A stretch of 44,309 nucleotides of DNA from Sphingomonas sp. (GTDB taxonomy: Bacteria > Pseudomonadota > Alphaproteobacteria > Sphingomonadales > Sphingomonadaceae), in the NCBI GenBank assembly GCA_036386955.1, contig DASVUT010000055.1, forward strand, positions 1 through 44,309, given 5' to 3'. A model generated the notes under the pieces. That model ran no database searches. It saw only the letters and a list, made by a program, of their open reading frames with translations, and was not told where the DNA came from. Numbering within the stretch: the first letter of the stretch is position 1; the number at the start of each line of letters is the position of its first letter. Of this stretch, positions 37,459-44,309 are shown piece after piece. A program made the position numbers and the translations under genes.

Positions 37459-38357
37459 GGATTCTTGCGGCCATCGTCACGCACAATCGGCAGGCGCTGC
37501 TCACCCGCTGCCTCGACGCGATCGACGCGCAGAGGCGGCGGGCCGACGGCGTCTTCGTGGTCAACAATGCCAGCACCGACGGAACCGAGGCGATGCTGAA
37601 GCAACGCGGCGTTCCGCACGTCACCCAGCCCAACCTGGGCTCGGCCGGCGGGTGGAGCCGGTGCATCGAAGAAGCGCTGACGGGCGGCTGGGATGCGGTA
37701 TGGCTGATGGACGACGATGGCTATCCGCATGCCGACGCGCTGGCGCTGCTGGAAGGAAGCCTGCAGGATGGCGTCCCGTGCGTCTCGTCGACGGTGGTGT
37801 GCGAGGACGATCCCGATCGTTTCGTATTCCCCTTCCCCGTGCTGGGGCGCGGCGGACTGCCCGTGCTGCTCGCGCGCCGGCGCAAGATCACGCACCTGTC
37901 GGCGTTGCGCGCGATTACGGGCGGCGACACCTACCCCTTCGCGCACCTGTTCAACGGCGCGCTGGTCGATGTCACGGCGGTGCGGCGGATTGGCAATGTA
38001 GACACCAATTTCTTCCTGATGGGCGACGAGGTCGATTTCTTCATGCGGATGCGCACGGTCGGCCCGGTGCTGTCGAACCTCAACGCGCTCCACCTTCACC
38101 CCGACGTATCGGGCCGGCCGCTGAACGACGTGAAGGTCTATTATTATGTCAAGAACACGCTGATCTTGAACAAGCGCTACCTCGACAAGAAATGGGTACG
38201 TCATGGGGCCGCGGTGGTGGCGGCGCTGGTGCGCACCGCGCGGCGCAACGGGGTCGGCGCGGCGATGAGCTATATCACCGGGTCCAGACGGCCGCTGCTG
38301 GCCAAGGCTATCCGGCGGGGTCTTCGCGGCCAAGTGGGCAAGGACATGCATGACTGA
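37455..38357 (+). CDS. GT2 glycosyltransferase (GlfT1/rhamnosyltransferase-like)
   Basis: IVTHNR, NNASTDGT, NLGSAGGW, WLMDDDGYP, FNGAL, GDEVDF; ATGA overlap. Confidence 0.88.
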   Translation: MRILAAIVTHNRQALLTRCLDAIDAQRRRADGVFVVNNASTDGTEAMLKQRGVPHVTQPNLGSAGGWSRCIEEALTGGWDAVWLMDDDGYPHADALALLEGSLQDGVPCVSSTVVCEDDPDRFVFPFPVLGRGGLPVLLARRRKITHLSALRAITGGDTYPFAHLFNGALVDVTAVRRIGNVDTNFFLMGDEVDFFMRMRTVGPVLSNLNALHLHPDVSGRPLNDVKVYYYVKNTLILNKRYLDKKWVRHGAAVVAALVRTARRNGVGAAMSYITGSRRPLLAKAIRRGLRGQVGKDMHD

Positions 38358-39081
38358 GCTGCGGGCGCTGATCCCGGCCGCCGGCACCGGCAGCCGCGCC
38401 GGGCTCCCTTACCCTAAGACGCTCCACCCGGTGGAAGGCGTGCCGATCCTGCTGCGTCAGTTGGACCTGCTGCGCCTGTTCGATCCCTGCCCGGTGGTGG
38501 TGGCGAGCCCGGCGGGGCGCGTCCCGATCGCCGAGACACTGGGCGCCGCCGGCGCGCGGGCGGAACTGGTGGAACAAGCCTCTCCTACCGGCATGGGTGA
38601 TGCGATCCTGTGCCTCGACGCCTCGATCGCAGGCCGCAATGCCGAGCATGTCGTGGCGGTGTGGGGCGACATCCCGCTGCTCGACCCGCGCACCATCGCA
38701 GGGACGGTGGAGCGGCATCTGGCCGCGGGCAACGACTTCACCTTCCCCACCCGCCATGTCGAGGCCGCCTATACGGTGGTGACGCGCGACGCCGCGGGCC
38801 GCGTCACCGCGCTGGCCGAGACGCGCGAGGCGGGCGTGGAGCCAGGGCCGGGCGAGCGCGACATCGGCGTCTTCGTCTTTCGCCGCGCGCCCGTGTTCGA
38901 CCTGCTGCGCCGCCGGCTGCCGGGTGCGCTCGGCACGACGACTGGGGAACATGGTTTCCTCTACATTGTTCGCCACCTGGCTGAACACGGCCACCGAGTG
39001 GAAGCGCTGCCGATCGCGACCGAACGCGACCTGATCTCGCTCAACCGCCTGTCCGACCTGGACGGGGTGGGAGGCGTCTGA
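38350..39081 (+). CDS. Nucleotidyltransferase (GlmU N-terminal/MobA-like NTP transferase)
   Basis: IPAAGTGSRAGLPYPKTL (GxGxR...PK), EQASPTGMGDA, WGDIP; no left-handed beta-helix domain. Confidence 0.88.
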   Translation: MTELRALIPAAGTGSRAGLPYPKTLHPVEGVPILLRQLDLLRLFDPCPVVVASPAGRVPIAETLGAAGARAELVEQASPTGMGDAILCLDASIAGRNAEHVVAVWGDIPLLDPRTIAGTVERHLAAGNDFTFPTRHVEAAYTVVTRDAAGRVTALAETREAGVEPGPGERDIGVFVFRRAPVFDLLRRRLPGALGTTTGEHGFLYIVRHLAEHGHRVEALPIATERDLISLNRLSDLDGVGGV

Positions 39082-40085
39082 TGTCCTTGCGCGCGTCGAT
39101 CGTCGTCACCTGCTACAATCTCGAACGGTATATTGCCGATGCGATACGCTCGATCGTCGATCAGGCAGGCGGCGAGCTGGTGGAGATCATCGTCGTCGAC
39201 GATTGCTCAACCGATGGAAGTGCGGCGATCATTCGCACTTTCCCCCAGGTGCGCTATCTGCAGACGCCCGGCAACAGCGGCGTGTTGCTGGCAACGCTGC
39301 ATGGGATCGAGGCGGCGACTCAGGACATCGTCTTCCTGATGGACGGGGACGATGTGTGGGAAGCGGACAAGTTGCGGCTGGCGCTTGCCGCTTTCGACGC
39401 CGACAAGGCGCTGGGGCTGCTCACCCACGACCTGACGTTCGTCGACGCGAACAACAGCCCGATCCAGCGAATCAGCCGCTGCGCCGAGGAACTGTCGCCG
39501 CTGCCCGCCGATCGATTGAGCGAAGCTCTGCGGCACGGCATCCTATCGCTTTCGGATTATGTCTGGCTCGGCAGCGCGCTTGGCCTGCGGCGTTCGGTGA
39601 TGGACTTCGATGGCTTCGCGGCTTGGGCGCGCGCACTTCCCGACCCGCGTCACACCTATCAAGATTGGCCGCTGGCCTATTGGTCCGCTGCGCAGCCTGA
39701 GGTCCGCCTGGGCTATCTCAAGGACAAGCTCTTTCGCTATCGGTTGCACGGAGCCAATCACAGCGGCGATGCGCGCGATCTGGACAAGGCGCTGCGTAAC
39801 TTGCGCCGTTCGTGGAACACAACAGTTGCCATGCACCAGATCGCCCTGATCCACGGCGTCGCCCGTCACTATCGCCGGCTGGCGGAGCGGCATAACCGCT
39901 TCAACCTTTATCTCGTCCGTCTTTATGAAGGCCGACGTCTGGTGGCCGCGGGCGGTTTTCTGACCAATCTTCCCTTTCTGGCGCTTCGCCCGCGTCTGCT
40001 GGCGAAGGAAACGGTGCGCATGGGATTGATCAGCCTGATCGGTGCGCGCCGGTTCACGACATGGCGAGGATCGCGCGCGGGTTAA
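39081..40085 (+). CDS. GT2 glycosyltransferase
   Basis: SIVVTCYN, IVVDDCSTDGS, LMDGDDVW, YQDW, YRLHGAN. Confidence 0.88.
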   Translation: MSLRASIVVTCYNLERYIADAIRSIVDQAGGELVEIIVVDDCSTDGSAAIIRTFPQVRYLQTPGNSGVLLATLHGIEAATQDIVFLMDGDDVWEADKLRLALAAFDADKALGLLTHDLTFVDANNSPIQRISRCAEELSPLPADRLSEALRHGILSLSDYVWLGSALGLRRSVMDFDGFAAWARALPDPRHTYQDWPLAYWSAAQPEVRLGYLKDKLFRYRLHGANHSGDARDLDKALRNLRRSWNTTVAMHQIALIHGVARHYRRLAERHNRFNLYLVRLYEGRRLVAAGGFLTNLPFLALRPRLLAKETVRMGLISLIGARRFTTWRGSRAG

Positions 40086-41199
40086 ACGCCGGGTCGATCA
40101 ACTGGAGATAGCGTTCCGCCGCCCTACGGGGAGAAAACAGATCGCCACGATCCTGCAGCGCCTGGCGGTCGCGCGCCGTGTCGAGTTCGGCGACAATCCC
40201 CGTGGCCAGCGCCGCGGGGTCCTGCACCGGGACCAATCGTCCGAAACGGCCGCCATCGAGGATCTCGGAAGGTCCCGATGGGCAGTCGGTGGAAACGATG
40301 GGAACCCCTTGCAAAAGCGCTTCGCACAGGATGACCGGGAGCCCCTCCCAACGGGACGACATGACGAGCAGCGAAGCCGATTGGAGGAACGACGGCACCG
40401 CATGCGTGAAGCCGCCCAATCGCACGCGATCCCGCAGGTCCAGCGTGTGAATCAATCCTTCCAGATTGTCTCGCTCGGGCCCTTCTCCCAGGATCAGCAA
40501 CTTCGCATCCACCGATCGGGGCAGCAGCGCCATGGCACGCAGCAGCGTTGCGTGATCCTTCTGCTCGATCAGACGACCTGCGGTGACGAGCATGTGACGT
40601 GCCGTCCGCCACCATGCGACATCGTCGGTCTGGGGCAAGGTCGGCACGGAGCTTGACGCCCGTACGGGATTGAACACGGTGATCAGCCGCTCCGCGGGCA
40701 GACCCGTGATCTGCGCCAGCGCCTTTCGCACGCCATCCGACACGCAGATCACGGCGTCTGCGGCGGAATAGATGGATCGGCCAAGAAACCGCATCATCAG
40801 TCGGGACGCTCGATGCTCCCGCGATCCCGATACGAAGTCGATGTGCTCACCCACCAGCACTCGTGGCTGGCGTCGCACCGTGCGCGCAGCGATGATCGTC
40901 ATGGCCGTCAGCGGCCACATCGCCGAGATCACGAAATCGGGGCGGCTGGCCTGCAGGTAACGCCGCAAAGGCATGATGGCATGCCGAAAATTGGATACGT
41001 CGAGTGCTTGCACGCCAATGCCGTCGGGCAACTCGGTCAACAATGCGCCCTCCCGGCGTAGAAGCACGAATTCGACCGCATAGCCCAAGGCGATGAACTC
41101 GCGGGCGAGTTCCAGATGCACCCGCTCCGCGCCGCCACCGGCCAAATTGGGTAGGATGATGGCGATTGATCCTGCGCCGCTGGCGTTCGGCTTCATCAT
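40054..41199 (-). CDS. GT4 glycosyltransferase (WabH/PglJ-like)
   Basis: PNLAGGGAER, CVSDGV, NPV, AGRLIEQKD, GEGPER, SSRWEGLPVILCEAL, TDCPSGPSEIL. Start uncertain (41199 or 41229). Confidence 0.9.
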   Translation of the reverse strand: MMKPNASGAGSIAIILPNLAGGGAERVHLELAREFIALGYAVEFVLLRREGALLTELPDGIGVQALDVSNFRHAIMPLRRYLQASRPDFVISAMWPLTAMTIIAARTVRRQPRVLVGEHIDFVSGSREHRASRLMMRFLGRSIYSAADAVICVSDGVRKALAQITGLPAERLITVFNPVRASSSVPTLPQTDDVAWWRTARHMLVTAGRLIEQKDHATLLRAMALLPRSVDAKLLILGEGPERDNLEGLIHTLDLRDRVRLGGFTHAVPSFLQSASLLVMSSRWEGLPVILCEALLQGVPIVSTDCPSGPSEILDGGRFGRLVPVQDPAALATGIVAELDTARDRQALQDRGDLFSPRRAAERYLQLIDPAFNPRAILAMS

Positions 41200-41239
41200 G
41201 CGTGGGTGTTCATGGCTGTTGGCACTCATGACCGCTTGT

Positions 41240-41520
41240 ATCATGCGCTCGCCGACCTTCACGGCGCAAGCGTGGGCGAGGCGAGCCGCAGTCGTCGAAC
41301 AGGTCACCACTTCGCAGGAATCGCGCGCAGAACAGGACTTTGGCATATTCGTTGCCCCCCACATAGACTTCGTCGGTCACGCCGCGCATGCCCTGCCCCG
41401 CGACCAGCCGCGTGCCCGCGACCCAGTTGATCATCGTGGGCGAGCCGGTCGCCCGCCAGGCGACCTGGTCGCGAGCGATCCGCATCGGCCCTTGAATCAC
41501 CTTCACCTCGCTCAGAAATG
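41240..41520 (-). pseudogene. Degraded FkbM-family methyltransferase remnant
   Basis: DQVAWRATGSPTMINWVAGTRLVAGQGMRGVTDEVYVGGNEYAKVLFCARFLRSGDLFDDCGS resembles the FkbM N-terminus up to the SAM motif (..FLRxGDLFxDVGAN), then breaks off. Confidence 0.6.
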
Positions 41521-41781
41521 ACGCAACAGGTGCCTGCGCAGCCCCGCCATCGTACGCACAACTTCCAGGCCGAACATGGCGGAGCCCTCGTATAGGGGCG
41601 CAGGAAGCGCCATCCGTCGGGCATGTGTGCGGGGAAGTCCAGACCGCGCTCATGTCGCCCCGGTGCGACACGGCTTGCCGAGCAAGCCGTCCGCCGGGTA
41701 CGCGGTCCGCGCAAGGGCCAAGCTCTTGCCTCCAGGATCAATCGTCCGCGTGATCTTTCACGACATGGCCAAGGTGAGCCG

Positions 41782-42783
41782 ATGAACAATCCCAAAGTGT
41801 CGGTGATGATCCCGACCTATAATCAGGCCGGCTTCATCGTTCGCGCCATCCGCAGCGCGCTCGATCAGGATTACGCGAACCTGGAGGTCGTCGTCGCCGA
41901 TGATTGTTCCCCCGACGAAACGTCGCAGGTCGTGCGGGATTTCATCACGACCAGCGGCGATCCGCGCGTGACCTACCACCGCAACGAGACCAACTTGGGC
42001 ATCCTGCGCAATTATCACGACACCTTGTTCGAAAAGGCGAGCGGCGACTGGGCGGTCAATCTGGACGCCGACGATGTCTTCGTCGACCGCGCGTTCCTGT
42101 CCAAGGCGATGGAGCTGGCCGCGCGCGACCCCGCCATCTCGCTGGTCTTCGCCGATTATTGCGAACAGGACGAGGCGAGCGGTGTGCAAACGCCGATCCG
42201 GAACCAGCCGCATCCGACGATCATGGCCGACCTCGACTTCCTCGATCGCTATGCCGATGACCGGATCGTGTGGAACCACAATTCGATCGTCTATGACCGG
42301 CATTTGGCGATGCAGCGCGGATGCTATTGGGAGGAAGGGGCACAGCGCAATGATTGGGAATCGTTCCTGCGCCTGACGATAGGGCACAAGGTAGGGCGGC
42401 TCGACTGTATCGCCGCCGCCTGGGTGCAGCACGGGGCCAACGAGACCAGGCGGCTCGACCTGACCAAATATCTGAACAACTTCACCCTGATCGACGGCGT
42501 GGCGGATTATGCCAGGGCACAGGGGCTGGAGCCGGGCTTTGTCGCGCATTGGCATGCGCGGATGGTCGCGGGTTCGGCACGCTCGACGGCGGTCGCTTAT
42601 CTGCGTGCGCGCGATTACCGCGGGCTGTGGCGCTTCATGCGCCACGTGCGCGAACGCGCGCCGGGGCTGCCGCTGCGCCTGCTGAGGGAACCCGGCTTCC
42701 TCGCCCGCGCCGTGCTCGCCAGCAACGCCCGGCTCTACGCCGCCGTCAAACGCCGTGCGCGACGGGGAGCGGTTGCGGGGTGA
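41782..42783 (+). CDS. GT2 glycosyltransferase
   Basis: MNNPKVSVMIPTYNQ, VADDCSPD, NETNLG, NLDADD, NDWE. Confidence 0.9.
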   Translation: MNNPKVSVMIPTYNQAGFIVRAIRSALDQDYANLEVVVADDCSPDETSQVVRDFITTSGDPRVTYHRNETNLGILRNYHDTLFEKASGDWAVNLDADDVFVDRAFLSKAMELAARDPAISLVFADYCEQDEASGVQTPIRNQPHPTIMADLDFLDRYADDRIVWNHNSIVYDRHLAMQRGCYWEEGAQRNDWESFLRLTIGHKVGRLDCIAAAWVQHGANETRRLDLTKYLNNFTLIDGVADYARAQGLEPGFVAHWHARMVAGSARSTAVAYLRARDYRGLWRFMRHVRERAPGLPLRLLREPGFLARAVLASNARLYAAVKRRARRGAVAG

Positions 42784-43733
42784 GGGCGCGGACACCCGTT
42801 TCAATCGTGATCCCTTGCTATAATCGCGCCACGCTGATCGGTGACGCGATCAACAGCGCGCTTGCCTATGGTGAGGGTGCGGAGATCATCGTGGTGGACG
42901 ACGGCTCCATCGATGCGTCCTGGGAATGCATCCTTTCCTTCGGTGACAAGGTTCGGGGGTTTCGCATCGCCAATGGCGGGGTAGCGGCCGCGCGGAACTT
43001 CGGGGTCGCTCAGGCGCAAGGCAGCTTCATCAAGTTTCTCGATTCGGACGACCGTCTGGTGGAAGGCGGATTGGCCGCTCTGCTTGCCGAGCAGCAAGTG
43101 GCCGCACCCCACCGGATCCTGTTCGGCGACGCTCGTGCCATCGGGCCGGACGGCGAAGCAATCGCCCCGTGCGGCTATGGTTATGCCGACGTGGCGCCCC
43201 CCGGCCCGATCTCGCGCGCAACGCTCCTGAAGCAGATCATGTCACCGTTGCTTCCGCTCTATCCTACACAAGCGTTGCATCGCGTGGGAGGGTTCGATCC
43301 AGAGTATATATTGGGCGAAGACCAGGAACTTGCGGTACGGCTGACGCTGGCCGGTTACGAGTTCTACAGAGTTCCCGTGGTCGTCGCGGAGATACGCGAG
43401 CATTCCGGCGGGCGGCTGTCGCGAACGATCACTCCTGCGCATTTCGAGCGGCAGGCGGCATTCTTTGCCAGTATCGCCCATCACCTGAGTAGCGCAGGCC
43501 CGCCGCTCGATCCGAACGAAGCGCTGGCGCTGGCGACGATGATCTGGATCGATGCGCGCAACGCGGCCCGCGCGCGGTACCGACCGCAGGCGGCACGACT
43601 GTTCGCCATGGCTACGGAACTGGTCGGCCCCGTTGCCGCCGCGCCCGCGGTGCTTCGCCCTTTATATCGGTGGATCGATCCGTATTGGGTCGAACACATG
43701 ATCGAATGGCTGAAAGCAGTGAGCAGGCGCTAG
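42780..43733 (+). CDS. GT2 glycosyltransferase
   Basis: GTGA overlap start; VSIVIPCYN, VVDDGS, NGGVAAARNFG, FLDSDD, GGFD, EDQEL. Confidence 0.9.
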   Translation: MRARTPVSIVIPCYNRATLIGDAINSALAYGEGAEIIVVDDGSIDASWECILSFGDKVRGFRIANGGVAAARNFGVAQAQGSFIKFLDSDDRLVEGGLAALLAEQQVAAPHRILFGDARAIGPDGEAIAPCGYGYADVAPPGPISRATLLKQIMSPLLPLYPTQALHRVGGFDPEYILGEDQELAVRLTLAGYEFYRVPVVVAEIREHSGGRLSRTITPAHFERQAAFFASIAHHLSSAGPPLDPNEALALATMIWIDARNAARARYRPQAARLFAMATELVGPVAAAPAVLRPLYRWIDPYWVEHMIEWLKAVSRR

Positions 43734-43756
43734 GTCGCCGCGAATAGCCCGTCCGT

Positions 43757-44309
43757 TCAACCGCTTGCGGCTGCAACCTTGCGCCGGCGCAGATCGGCGA
43801 GCCCCACCAGCTTGCGCAATCGCCCGACCCATATGAGGTCGCGCGCGTTGCTCCGTTTGATCGCACGGGCATGCGGTTCGAGTTCGCGCATGGTGAGCAT
43901 CGAGGCGTCGATATGGCGCAGCATGGCGGCATTGATCCGGTCCGGATCGTGATGGTCCCGGACATAGTCACGGTCACGATCGCCGATGGAGGAGTCCTCC
44001 ATCACCATCCGCACGGTTTCTTCCAAGGAGCGCAAGCCCCCCACATAGCCGGGGAAATCCCGGAACTCTCCCACCATATAATCCTGCGTTTCGTGAACGA
44101 AACGAAAGCGTGTCTGGGGTGGGTAACCGATCTTCTCCGCCGGATCGATATAAACGCATGGATGGCCCACTGCGGCGATATCCAAGGCGGCGGTACCCAT
44201 CGCCACCACGAAATGCGTCTCGCGCGCCAATGTCGCACGGGCCTGATCGTTGGGCATGAAGCCGTGCAATCGTAGAGTGATGCCTTTCTCGGCGCATAAC
44301 CGGGTTAGC
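43757..44309 (-). CDS. C-terminal part of a putative GT-B glycosyltransferase (5'-truncated by window edge)
   Basis: Frame is open to the window end (LTRLCAEKGITLRLHGF...). VVAMGTAALDIAAVGHPCVYID resembles a GT-B C-terminal domain. Confidence 0.55.
   Translation of the reverse strand, partial: LTRLCAEKGITLRLHGFMPNDQARATLARETHFVVAMGTAALDIAAVGHPCVYIDPAEKIGYPPQTRFRFVHETQDYMVGEFRDFPGYVGGLRSLEETVRMVMEDSSIGDRDRDYVRDHHDPDRINAAMLRHIDASMLTMRELEPHARAIKRSNARDLIWVGRLRKLVGLADLRRRKVAAASG

Overview
High-GC window that looks alphaproteobacterial (sphingomonad-like, inferred from gene families and a typical palindromic repeat) and is probably part of a plasmid or genomic island. The left end holds a Cre-like tyrosine recombinase (5'-truncated) followed by a 30-bp palindrome, a divergent formylglycine-generating enzyme/arylsulfatase pair, an HNH-like protein, a serralysin-type RTX metalloprotease and a very acidic RTX protein of about 1850 aa with an upstream direct-repeat array. 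The rest (13.3-44.3 kb) is a mosaic surface-glycan locus: about 11 GT2/GT4-type glycosyltransferases, two sulfotransferases, a PglK/MsbA-like ABC exporter, a GT-C membrane transferase, a UDP-HexNAc dehydrogenase, a metallophosphoesterase, wza-wzc, O-antigen-ligase-like and EpsG-like proteins, and a CofD/YvcK + HAD + nucleotidyltransferase module. A Phd/PemK-like toxin-antitoxin pair lacking canonical start codons and an FkbM remnant are embedded in it. The best candidates for undescribed systems are (i) the CofD/NTP-transferase/HAD glycan-modifying module, (ii) a glycosylated and possibly sulfated RTX surface protein system, and (iii) paired sulfation and desulfation enzymes. No rRNA, tRNA or CRISPR array was seen. 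All family calls come from motif recognition by eye; no database search was run.
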